A stretch of 64,000 bases of DNA. It comes from an uncultured Fimbriimonadaceae bacterium. Its GTDB lineage: Bacteria; Armatimonadota; UBA10988. A program made the translations under genes and the position numbers. This document shows, piece after piece, positions 42,338-50,525 of this stretch (position 1 is the first letter of the stretch; each line of letters opens with the position of its first letter). The stretch lies in contig CAYONP010000017.1 in the NCBI GenBank assembly GCA_964405335.1, positions 8,570 to 72,569 on the forward strand, read 5' to 3'. The notes under the pieces are model-generated. The model did no database searches. It had not been told where the DNA came from and was given only the letters and a program-made list of their open reading frames with translations.

Positions 42338-43762
42338 TTACTGCTCGTAGGCGCCGATGTCGCAACCGCCACCGGCCGGGCGGGCGGCGTTGGCCAGGTC
42401 ATGGTTGGGCGCGCCGGCCGCCATGCCGTGGCCCACCGCGGGGCTGGCCGCCGCGACGTGGTAGTCGCCGTCGGAGCCCCAGGCCGCCTCGACGAAGCCG
42501 GGATCGCCGACGCCGTTGCCAGTCCCCAGCCCGCCGATGTTGGCCGCGGTCCACTCGGTGGCGCCGTGCTCGATCAGCCGGTCGAGCACGGGCATCCAGA
42601 ACAGGTTGTGCTCGGCGGTTAGCACCGTCGCGCCGTTGAGCCAGATCGGCGCGCTCGCGCCGCGGCTGCTGAAGATGGTGTTGCGCAGCGTCAGCGCGAT
42701 GCCGACTGTCGGCGCGTCGTAGTTGACGTGCATCAGGTAGTTGCCGCCCATCGCGTCGTCGATGGTGCAGTTGACCAGCGCGAACGGAGCGCCGGCGGTC
42801 TCGGAGTGGATCACCACCGCCGACCAGGCGGTCGGCTCGGCGTCGCCGTCGCCGCGGCCGTAGATCAGCGTGTTCTCGACGGTCGACCCGGCGCCCCAGA
42901 GCTTGACCCCGTCACACGAGTTGTTGGCCACCACACAGCGGCGGATGGTGGTGTTGTGGCACTTCGAATCGAGCCCGTCGCCGAAGTTGTGCTCGCAGAC
43001 CACGTCTTCGATCAGCAGCGGTCCGGCCGACTCCTCGGTGCCCAGTCCGTCGGGCCGGTCATAGGGCAGATTGGTGCCGTCGCCGCCCTGCCAGTAATGG
43101 CCGCTGTAGCTGAGGCCGGTGTTGCGAATGACCACATTCTGCCAGCCGCCGTGTTCGCCGTCGGGCCCGCCCACGGCGCCGTAGCCGCAGTGCTCGATGT
43201 GGCAGCCGGTGACTTCGAGGCCGTCGACATCCATGGCGTTGAGCCCGAACTCATCGAGGTGGTGGATGTAGAGGTTGTCGAGCACGATCCCGCGGCTCAG
43301 GCCGTCCATGATCTGCACGCCGTCGCGGCACCAGGCGGCCTGGCCGGTGGCCGCCGGGTCGTGGGTCAGCTCGAGGTTCTCCACCTGCACGTACGACACG
43401 CCGGCGAGGATGATCAGGGCGAGCAGGTTGTCGCGGCCGGCGATGACCGGACGCTGGCCCTGCCTGCCCGCCGCGCCGCGGATGATCACCGGTTCGGCCT
43501 CGGTGCCCGACGGCGGCCGGAGGATGTCCTCGAAGTCGTTGATCACATAGGTGCCGAGCGGCACTTCGAGCGTGTCGCCGGGCGCCATCCGCGAGACGGC
43601 CAGAGCCAGCGCGTGGGCGTCCTGGATCGGCCCGCCGCCGTTCCCGCCGTTCCCGCCGTTCCCGCCGGTCGGCGTGCCGCTGGAGCTGCAGGCGGAGGCT
43701 CCGAGCAGGGCGAAGGTCAAAGCGATCAGCACGATACGTGGCAAACCCCGCGCGCATGACAT
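42338..43762 (-). CDS. right-handed parallel beta-helix lipoprotein
   Basis: ATG 43762 gives MSCARGLPRIVLIALTFALLGASAC (lipobox), followed by a (GGN)3 linker. Repeated helix turns are visible (NLELTH, NLYIHH, VIRNTG, CVVANNSCDG, ENTLIY). The C-terminus is GGGCDIGAYEQ. Confidence 0.8.
   Translation of the reverse strand: MSCARGLPRIVLIALTFALLGASACSSSGTPTGGNGGNGGNGGGPIQDAHALALAVSRMAPGDTLEVPLGTYVINDFEDILRPPSGTEAEPVIIRGAAGRQGQRPVIAGRDNLLALIILAGVSYVQVENLELTHDPAATGQAAWCRDGVQIMDGLSRGIVLDNLYIHHLDEFGLNAMDVDGLEVTGCHIEHCGYGAVGGPDGEHGGWQNVVIRNTGLSYSGHYWQGGDGTNLPYDRPDGLGTEESAGPLLIEDVVCEHNFGDGLDSKCHNTTIRRCVVANNSCDGVKLWGAGSTVENTLIYGRGDGDAEPTAWSAVVIHSETAGAPFALVNCTIDDAMGGNYLMHVNYDAPTVGIALTLRNTIFSSRGASAPIWLNGATVLTAEHNLFWMPVLDRLIEHGATEWTAANIGGLGTGNGVGDPGFVEAAWGSDGDYHVAAASPAVGHGMAAGAPNHDLANAARPAGGGCDIGAYEQ
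43641..43667 (-). repeat. 9-nt x3 tandem repeat encoding (GGN)3
   Basis: TTCCCGCCG repeated three times on the plus strand. It encodes the GGNGGNGGN linker just after the lipobox of the beta-helix lipoprotein. Confidence 0.85.
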
Positions 43763-43841
43763 GGCAGATCCCCGTGCGCCACCGCAGGCATACGCCATAC
43801 CGGCGAGTAGCGCAAGGGGCGTTTGTTGCGGCGATGAGTCG

Positions 43842-45242
43842 TTAGGCGATGCGATCGTCCGCCGGTCGCTCCGCGTCGGGCCAGGGATCGGCCACCGGTG
43901 CGGTCGAATCCCAGGCGTAGCTGCGGCAGACCGGGCTGGACGAATCGAACTCGGGCAACATGCCGTCGCGGGTGTGGGCCTCGAACAGATCGTCGACCAG
44001 GGCCCAGATCTCGTCGAGAGTCAGCTCGGCCGCGGTGTGCGGGTCGAGCATGGCGGCCTGATAGGCATACTGCTTGTCGCCGGTCACCGCCGCCTCGACG
44101 GTCAGCGCCTGGGTGTTGATGTTGGTCTGGCAGACCGCCGCGCACTGCGGCGGCAGTTTGCCGATGCGCGTCGGCTGGATGCCGTTCTGGTCGACCAGGC
44201 AGGGCACCTCGACGCAACAGCCCTGCGGCAGGTTGTCGATCAGGCCGTGGTTGAGCACGTTGCCATAGACCACGCGCGGCTGGCCGGTGTGGATGCTGTG
44301 GATGATGCCCGAGCCGAACTCGTGGCTGCGCCGGACCTCGACCGCCTCGTCGGCGAGCATCTTGTCGCGCGTGGCGGCCCAGTGGCGCTCAATATTCTCG
44401 CAGCGGCGGATGTACTCGTCGAGCGGCACGCGGAAGCGGTCGATCAGGTCGGGCCGGTCGCGGCGGATGAAGTGCGGCGTGTACTCGCTGAAGTGCTCGC
44501 TCGACTCGGTGACGAAGTAACCGAGCCGGCGGAAAGCCTCGAACCGCACCGCGTCCTTCTTCCGCACCGCCGGGTCCGCGTAGGCCGCCCACAGCTTCGG
44601 GTAGGCGTCCTCGCCGTCGTGGCGCAGGCTCAGGAACCAGGCGTTGTGGTTGATCCCGGCGACCCTGAACTCCAGCTCGCTGTGCGGGATGCCCAGGTAG
44701 CCGGCGAGCTGCTGGCTGGTGCCCTGCACACTGTGGCACAGGCCGACGGTGCGGATGCTCGTCTCCTGCAGCACCGCCCAGGTGTTGGCGCACATCGGAT
44801 TGACGTAGTTGAGGAACCAGACGTCGGGGCAGACCGCCTCCATGTCGCGGGCCATGGCCAGCATGACCGGAATGGTGCGCAACGCGCGGAAGACACCGCC
44901 GATGCCGAGGGTGTCGGCGATGGTCTGCCGCAGGCCGTAGCGCTTGGGGAGGTCGAAGTCGACCCGCGTCGAGGGAAAGCCGCCGACCTGGATCATGTTG
45001 ATGGCGTAGTCGGCGCCCTCGAGCGCGGCGCGGCGATCCTGCGTGGCGACGATGGTCGGCTTGGCGTGCGGGATGGCGTCGGCCACCTTGCGGGCCAGAA
45101 TCTCGCTGATCCGGAGCCGTTCGGGGTCGATGTCCATCAGCGCAATCTCGGCGTCGCCGAGCTCCTCGAACGAGAGAATGTCGCCGAGCAAGTTCTTGCA
45201 GAAAACGACGCTGCCGGCGCCGATGAACGCGATCTTGGGCAC
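43842..45242 (-). CDS. glycoside hydrolase family 4 (alpha-glucosidase/alpha-galactosidase type)
   Basis: GTG 45242 gives VPKIAFIGAGSVVF (Rossmann). GH4-like motifs: MIQVGGF, RQTIADTLGIGG, NYVNPM, GLCHSV. Confidence 0.9.
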   Translation of the reverse strand: MPKIAFIGAGSVVFCKNLLGDILSFEELGDAEIALMDIDPERLRISEILARKVADAIPHAKPTIVATQDRRAALEGADYAINMIQVGGFPSTRVDFDLPKRYGLRQTIADTLGIGGVFRALRTIPVMLAMARDMEAVCPDVWFLNYVNPMCANTWAVLQETSIRTVGLCHSVQGTSQQLAGYLGIPHSELEFRVAGINHNAWFLSLRHDGEDAYPKLWAAYADPAVRKKDAVRFEAFRRLGYFVTESSEHFSEYTPHFIRRDRPDLIDRFRVPLDEYIRRCENIERHWAATRDKMLADEAVEVRRSHEFGSGIIHSIHTGQPRVVYGNVLNHGLIDNLPQGCCVEVPCLVDQNGIQPTRIGKLPPQCAAVCQTNINTQALTVEAAVTGDKQYAYQAAMLDPHTAAELTLDEIWALVDDLFEAHTRDGMLPEFDSSSPVCRSYAWDSTAPVADPWPDAERPADDRIA

Positions 45243-45331
45243 GGCCGGGCTCCTGGCGACAGTCTGACTACAAGGTCGTTGCCCGGCAGGCGACCGCGCC
45301 GCGCCGGCCAACCGGCCGCCCAGGATCTGCC

Positions 45332-46264
45332 ATGCGCGCGCTGCTTCTCACCCCCGACGGACCCCGCTTCGTCGCCGACTATCCAGCGCCCGTCGCCGGT
45401 GACGGCGAAGCGCTGATCCGCGTCAGCCTGGCCGGCATCTGCGGCACCGACCTCGCCCTCATCGCCGGCTACGCCGACTTCACCGGCGTGCTCGGGCACG
45501 AGTTCGTCGGCCTCGTCGAGCAGGCCGACGACGCAGCCTGGCTCGGCCGGCGGGTGGTCGGCGAGATCAACCTCAGCCGGCTGGAGCCGGCGAACCACGC
45601 GCCCGAACGCCGCGTGCTCGGGATTCGAGGCAAGGACGGCTGCTTCGCCGACTACCTGACCTTGCCGCTGCGCAACCTGCACCCGGTCGGCGAGACGATC
45701 AGCGACGAGGAGGCGGTCTTCGCCGAGCCGCTGGCCGCCGCGCTGCATGTCGCCGACGCGGTCGACCTGAGCGCCGTGCGCGAGGCGGCCGTGCTCGGCG
45801 CGGGGCGGCTGGGGATGCTGGTCGCCATGGCGCTGGCCACGCGGGTCTACCGGCCGACAGTCCTGGCGCGTCGCGCGGCGTCCCTCGAGCTGCCCGCGCG
45901 GCTCGGCCTGCGCACCATGCCGGCCGATGCGGCGGCCGCCGACTCGTTCGACCTGGTGGTCGACTGCACCGGCCGGCCCGACGGCCTCGACCGCGCCATT
46001 ACGCTCTGCCGGCCGCTGGGCACGGTGGTCTTGAAGAGCACGCACGCCGGTCCGGCGGCGGTCGACTCGTCGGCGGTGGTGGTCAAGGAGCTGCGCCTGG
46101 TCGGCTCGCGCTGCGGCGACATGGCGGCGGCGCTGGAGGCGCTCGAGTACGGCCGCGTCGACCCAACGCCGCTGATCGATGCGGTCTATCCCCTCGACCA
46201 GGCCGAGCGCGCCCTGCACCACGCGGCGCGCCCCGGCGTGCGCAAGGTCCTGCTGCAACCGTAG
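45332..46264 (+). CDS. zinc-type (MDR) alcohol dehydrogenase family protein
   Basis: GICGTDL ... GHEFVG is the zinc-ligand region. AVLGAGRLGMLVA is the NAD-binding glycine motif. Confidence 0.85.
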   Translation: MRALLLTPDGPRFVADYPAPVAGDGEALIRVSLAGICGTDLALIAGYADFTGVLGHEFVGLVEQADDAAWLGRRVVGEINLSRLEPANHAPERRVLGIRGKDGCFADYLTLPLRNLHPVGETISDEEAVFAEPLAAALHVADAVDLSAVREAAVLGAGRLGMLVAMALATRVYRPTVLARRAASLELPARLGLRTMPADAAAADSFDLVVDCTGRPDGLDRAITLCRPLGTVVLKSTHAGPAAVDSSAVVVKELRLVGSRCGDMAAALEALEYGRVDPTPLIDAVYPLDQAERALHHAARPGVRKVLLQP

Positions 46265-46346
46265 GGGTCAGGTCTCGTTTTCAAGCCGGATGTTGCGATG
46301 GACGGGCGAACGTGTAACATGTCGCGGGATAATGAGACCTGACCCC
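46264..46346. repeat. 83-nt intergenic element with 13-bp terminal inverted repeats (copy A), MITE/REP-like
   Basis: GGGGTCAGGTCTC (46264-46276), a 57-nt interior, then GAGACCTGACCCC (46334-46346). The same termini, the same 57-nt spacing and a partly conserved interior recur at 54311-54393. Both copies are followed by GTG. Confidence 0.75.
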
Positions 46347-46399
46347 GTGGCGGGTTGCCGGGCTCATCCGCTGCTGCTAGAGTCACGCCGGAGAGCGAC

Positions 46400-46792
46400 A
46401 TGGCAGAGGGACACGGGCATCGCGTCTGGATTGTGCCGGACGGCTATCTGGCGAGCACGCCGGAGGGCTGCACCGGACCGACCGGTTACTTCTCGCACGA
46501 AAGCCTTTGCATCCTCAACGACGGTGACGAGCCGGCCGACTGCACGCTGGACGTCTACTACGAAGATCGTGAGCCGATCCTCGGCATCCGCTTCGTGGTC
46601 GGCGGGCTGCGCACCTGGCATTACCGGCTCGACCAGTGTCGCGATCACGCCGGTGAGCTGCTCGCCCGCGACGTGCCCTATGCCCTGCGGCTGACCGCCA
46701 GCCGCAACGTCGTCTGCCAGCACAGCCGGCTCGACGTCACGCAGCCGAACCTGGCGCTGTTCAGCATCGTCCCCTGGGCGGCCGACCGGTGA
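46400..46792 (+). CDS. sensory-rhodopsin-transducer (ASRT)-like small beta protein
   Basis: ATG 46400, 130 aa. Segments FSHESLCILNDGDEPADCTLDVYYEDREP and NVVCQHSRLDVTQPNLALFS match my recollection of the ASRT family (PF07100). Recognition is by memory only. Confidence 0.65.
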   Translation: MAEGHGHRVWIVPDGYLASTPEGCTGPTGYFSHESLCILNDGDEPADCTLDVYYEDREPILGIRFVVGGLRTWHYRLDQCRDHAGELLARDVPYALRLTASRNVVCQHSRLDVTQPNLALFSIVPWAADR

Positions 46793-47169
46793 GCCGCGAT
46801 CCACGGCTCCAGGGCTTCGTCGAGCTGTTCAATGCCGGGCAGTACTGGGATGCCCACGAGGCGCTGGAACCGCTCTGGCTGGAGACTCCCGAGCCGCGGC
46901 GCGAGCTCTATCGCGGACTGATCCAAGCCGCCGCGGCGATGGTCCACCACGAGCGGGGCAATCGACACGGGGTGTTCACCCTCCACGCCAAGGCACGGGC
47001 CAAGCTGCTCGACTTCGGGCCGGTCGAGGACGGCCTCGATATCCGGGCGTTCCTGTACGAGGTTGAGCGGTGCCTGTTCTGGCACGGGCCTGCGCCGCGC
47101 CTCGGTCTGGCGCGCTGGTGGGCCGCGCCGGACGACGCGGCGGTAAGGCAAGCCCGGGCCGACGTGTGA
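46789..47169 (+). CDS. DUF309 domain protein
   Basis: GTGA overlap with the previous stop. [18 protein letters not shown] ... [18 protein letters not shown] is the DUF309 signature. Confidence 0.75.
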   Translation: MSRDPRLQGFVELFNAGQYWDAHEALEPLWLETPEPRRELYRGLIQAAAAMVHHERGNRHGVFTLHAKARAKLLDFGPVEDGLDIRAFLYEVERCLFWHGPAPRLGLARWWAAPDDAAVRQARADV

Positions 47170-47230
47170 TCGGCCGCCGGCATCGCGGTGGGCCCGCGCC
47201 GCGCCTCTTTGGGCCGGCCGCCGGCGGAGG

Positions 47231-47236
47231 TATAAT
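47231..47236 (+). promoter_or_regulatory. perfect TATAAT -10 hexamer 9 nt upstream of the kdsA ATG
   Basis: TATAAT at 47231-47236, with TTGGGC 16 nt upstream. The ATG is at 47246 and no SD sequence lies between them. Confidence 0.4.
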
Positions 47237-47245
47237 CCCCGCGCC

Positions 47246-48064
47246 ATGCACACCGTCCAGATCCGCGACATCGCTATCGGCGAGGGTCATCCGCTGGTGC
47301 TCATCGCCGGGCCGTGCGTGATCGAGAGCGCCGAGCGCACGCGGCGCATTGCCGGCGAGCTGGTGCCGCTCTGCGCGCGGCTCGGCCTGCCGCTGATCTT
47401 CAAGGCCAGCTACGACAAGGCCAACCGCACCTCGCTCGACTCGTTCCGCGGACCCGGCCTCGAGGCAGGCCTCGAGGTGCTTGCCGGCATCGCCGCCGAG
47501 TTCGGCTGTCCGGTCACCACCGACGTCCACGAGCCGGGCCACTGCGCGCCGGTGGCCGAGGTGGTCGACCTGCTCCAGATCCCGGCCTTTCTCTGCCGTC
47601 AGACCGACCTGCTGGTCACCGCGGCGGCCACCGGCCGGCCGGTGTCGGTGAAGAAGGGTCAGTTTACCGCGCCCGAGGACATGCGTTCGGTGGTCGCCAA
47701 GCTGGCCCGCGCCGCCGGCGTGCTGCTGGTCGAGCGCGGCACCACCTTCGGTTACCATAATCTGGTGGTCGATTTCCGCTCGCTGCCCATCCTGCGGGGG
47801 CTCGGCTGGCCGGTGGTCTTCGACGGCACGCACAGCGTTCAGCGGCCGTCGGCCGGCGGAACGCACAGCGGCGGCGACCGGCAGCATGTCGCCCCGCTCT
47901 GCCGGGCGGCGGTGGCGGTCGGTGTCGACGCGCTCTTTCTCGAGGTCCATGACCAGCCCGACCAGGCCCTCTGCGACGGGCCGAACATGATTGCCCTGGC
48001 CGACCTGCCGGCACTGTTGGCCAGCCTGTTGCGCATCCGGGAGGCACTGCATGCCCGAGCGTGA
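47246..48064 (+). CDS. kdsA: 3-deoxy-8-phosphooctulonate (KDO-8-P) synthase
   Basis: [41 protein letters not shown] and VFDGTHSVQ are diagnostic KdsA motifs. Confidence 0.95.
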   Translation: MHTVQIRDIAIGEGHPLVLIAGPCVIESAERTRRIAGELVPLCARLGLPLIFKASYDKANRTSLDSFRGPGLEAGLEVLAGIAAEFGCPVTTDVHEPGHCAPVAEVVDLLQIPAFLCRQTDLLVTAAATGRPVSVKKGQFTAPEDMRSVVAKLARAAGVLLVERGTTFGYHNLVVDFRSLPILRGLGWPVVFDGTHSVQRPSAGGTHSGGDRQHVAPLCRAAVAVGVDALFLEVHDQPDQALCDGPNMIALADLPALLASLLRIREALHARA

Positions 48065-49037
48065 GGCCTGGCTGGCGACCGCGCGTGAGACCCTGCGGAT
48101 CGAGGCCGAGGCGCTGCGCGGCTTGCTCGAGCGACTCCCCGAGGCGGCCGTCGCCGCGGCGGTCGAGCTGATTCTCTCACGGCCCGAGGGGCGGGTGATC
48201 TGCACGGGTGTGGGCAAGTCGGGCCATATCGCGCACAAGGTGGCGGCGACTTTGTCGAGCACCGGCACGCCGGCGGTCTATCTCTCGGCGGCCGAGGGGG
48301 TGCACGGCGACCTCGGCGCCGCGCGGCCGGGCGAGGTGGTGCTGGCCTTCAGCTACCGCGGCGAGAGCGACGAGCTGCGCGCCCTGCTCCCCGCCCTGGT
48401 GCGCATGGACTGCCCGCTGATCGCCGTTACCGGCCGGCCCGACTCGACTCTGGCGCGGCACAGCCGCGTCGTGCTCGACATCGCCGTCGAGCGCGAGGCC
48501 TGCCCGCACAACCTGGCGCCGACGGCGAGCACGACGGTGATGCTGGCCCTCGGCGACGCACTGGCGATGGCCGTGATGCAGGCCCGTGAATTCACCGCCG
48601 AGGAGTTCGCCCGTTTCCACCCCGGCGGCAGCCTCGGCCGGCGACTGCTGCTGACCGTCGGCGACGTGATGCGCGGCGGCAGCGACAACGCCGTGGTGGC
48701 GGCCGACGCGACGGTGCAGCGGGCGCTGCTGGTCATGACCGCCGCGCCGATCCGCGGCGTGGTCAACGTGGTCGACGGCGACGGCCGGCTGGTCGGCATC
48801 TTCACCGACGGCGACCTGCGCCGCCGGCTCGAAGCCGACGGCGCAGGCGTGCTGGCCCGCCCGATCGGCGAGGTGATGAGCCGCGACCCGACGACCATCA
48901 CGCCCGATCGCCTGGCCACCGAGGGGCTGGCGCTGATGCAGGCCCGCGAGTTCGACAACATCGCCGTGGTCGACTCGGCCGGCCGCGCGGTGGGCATCCT
49001 TGACGTGCAGGACCTGCTGCGGGCGGGGGTGGTGTAG
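48051..49037 (+). CDS. kdsD: arabinose-5-phosphate isomerase (KpsF/GutQ family; SIS + 2 CBS)
   Basis: ATG 48051 overlaps the kdsA 3' end by 14 nt. The SIS domain contains [27 protein letters not shown]. Tandem CBS domains close the protein. Confidence 0.92.
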   Translation: MPEREAWLATARETLRIEAEALRGLLERLPEAAVAAAVELILSRPEGRVICTGVGKSGHIAHKVAATLSSTGTPAVYLSAAEGVHGDLGAARPGEVVLAFSYRGESDELRALLPALVRMDCPLIAVTGRPDSTLARHSRVVLDIAVEREACPHNLAPTASTTVMLALGDALAMAVMQAREFTAEEFARFHPGGSLGRRLLLTVGDVMRGGSDNAVVAADATVQRALLVMTAAPIRGVVNVVDGDGRLVGIFTDGDLRRRLEADGAGVLARPIGEVMSRDPTTITPDRLATEGLALMQAREFDNIAVVDSAGRAVGILDVQDLLRAGVV

Positions 49038-49075
49038 GGTGTGAGTCGGCGCGCAACCTAACCTAACCGCCGAGC

Positions 49076-49104
49076 TTGACGCCCGAGCACCGCACTCCTA
49101 GACT
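49076..49104 (+). promoter_or_regulatory. sigma-70-like promoter candidate for the beta-CASP RNase gene
   Basis: TTGACG (49076-81), a 17-nt spacer, TAGACT (49099-49104). The ATG is at 49125 with GGAG in between. Confidence 0.4.
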
Positions 49105-49124
49105 CCGGCCGTCCCGGAGCAGCC

Positions 49125-50516
49125 ATGCAACTGACCTTCTGCGGCGCCGCGCGCAATGTCACCGGCTCCTGCTACTTGCTCGAGGCCGCCGGGCGGCGGG
49201 TGCTGATCGATTGCGGGCTGTTTCAGGAACGGGGCCTCAAAGACCGCAACTGGGAGGCGTTTCCGTTCGACCCGGCCGGCATCGACGCGGTGATCTTGAC
49301 CCACGCCCACATCGATCACTCCGGCCGTCTGCCGCTGCTCGCCAAGCAGGGCTTTGTCGGTCCGATCTACACCACGCCCGCCGGAGTCGACCTGACCGAA
49401 CTGCTGCTGCTCGACTCAGCGCACATCCAGGAAGAGGACGCCCGCTACAAAACCAAACGTCACCGCCGCGAAGGGCGCGAGCTGCCGCCGACCGAGCCGC
49501 TCTATGAGACCGCGCACGCCAAGCAGGCCGTGGCGCTGCTGCGGCGGGTGAAGTACCACCGGTCGATCGAGGTGGTGCCGGGCATCACCGCGGTGTGGAA
49601 CGACGCCGGGCACATCCTCGGCTCCGGGCACGTGCTGGTCACGGTCAAGCAGGGCACCGCGGCGACGCGGGTTCTCTTCTCGGGCGACATCGGCATGGCG
49701 CCGCGGCCGATCCTGAAGGACCCCGAGCCGTTCGCCGAGGCCGACGTGCTGATCTGCGAGTCGACCTACGGAAACCGCCTGCACGAGACGCGCGAGTTCG
49801 CGGTGCAGAAGCTGCGTGACGTGGTCAACCAGACGATGGCGAAGGAGGGCAACGTGGTCATTCCGGCCTTCGCCGTCGGCCGCACGCAGACGATTCTCTA
49901 CTATCTCGCGGCGCTGATGAAAGCCGGTGAGATCGACGAGGTGACCACCTTCGTCGACAGCCCGATGGCCATCCGTGCGACCGAGATCCTGCGCCGCCAC
50001 CCCGACTGCTACGACGAAGAGGCCCGCGCGGTGCTCGCCGCCGGCGGCGACCCGATTGGCTTCGAGCCGCTCCACTTCACCTCGACCACCTCGGCCTCGA
50101 AGGCGATCAACCGGATCAAGGGCGGGTGCATCATCGTCTCGGCCAGCGGCATGTGTACCGCCGGGCGGATCAAGCACCACCTGCAGCACAACATCACCCG
50201 GCCGAACTCGACCATCCTGTTCTGCGGTTTCCAGGCCGTCGGCACGCTCGGGCGGCAGATTCTCGAGCGGCCCGACGAGGTCCGCATCCATGGTGAGATG
50301 CACCGGGTGCGGGCGCGCATCGAGGCCATCGGCGGACTGTCCGGCCACGCCGACCGGAACGGCCTGCTCAACTGGTGCGCCGCCGTCTCCGGCGTGCAGC
50401 AGTGCTACGTCACGCACGGCGACGAAGAGCCGGCGCTCGAGTTCGCCGCCGCGCTGAGCGAGCGGTTCGGCTGGCCGGTCGAGGCGCCGGAGTATGGCCA
50501 AACCGTCGATCTGTAG
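49125..50516 (+). CDS. MBL-fold beta-CASP ribonuclease
   Basis: MQLTFCGAARNVTGSCYLLE and THAHIDHSG (HxHxDH), followed by beta-CASP and C-terminal GLSGHAD motifs. Confidence 0.9.
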   Translation: MQLTFCGAARNVTGSCYLLEAAGRRVLIDCGLFQERGLKDRNWEAFPFDPAGIDAVILTHAHIDHSGRLPLLAKQGFVGPIYTTPAGVDLTELLLLDSAHIQEEDARYKTKRHRREGRELPPTEPLYETAHAKQAVALLRRVKYHRSIEVVPGITAVWNDAGHILGSGHVLVTVKQGTAATRVLFSGDIGMAPRPILKDPEPFAEADVLICESTYGNRLHETREFAVQKLRDVVNQTMAKEGNVVIPAFAVGRTQTILYYLAALMKAGEIDEVTTFVDSPMAIRATEILRRHPDCYDEEARAVLAAGGDPIGFEPLHFTSTTSASKAINRIKGGCIIVSASGMCTAGRIKHHLQHNITRPNSTILFCGFQAVGTLGRQILERPDEVRIHGEMHRVRARIEAIGGLSGHADRNGLLNWCAAVSGVQQCYVTHGDEEPALEFAAALSERFGWPVEAPEYGQTVDL

Positions 50517-50525
50517 GAGCCGGCC

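Noticed and set aside
46264-46346. The inverted repeats contain GGTCTC/GAGACC, the recognition site of the Eco31I/BsaI-type enzymes. Eco31I uses an HNH active site, which tempted a link to the HNH gene at 63228-64000.
   Set aside because: This is pure coincidence-level reasoning. The HNH ORF here is partial and nothing in the sequence supports its specificity. The elements are 9-17 kb away from it.
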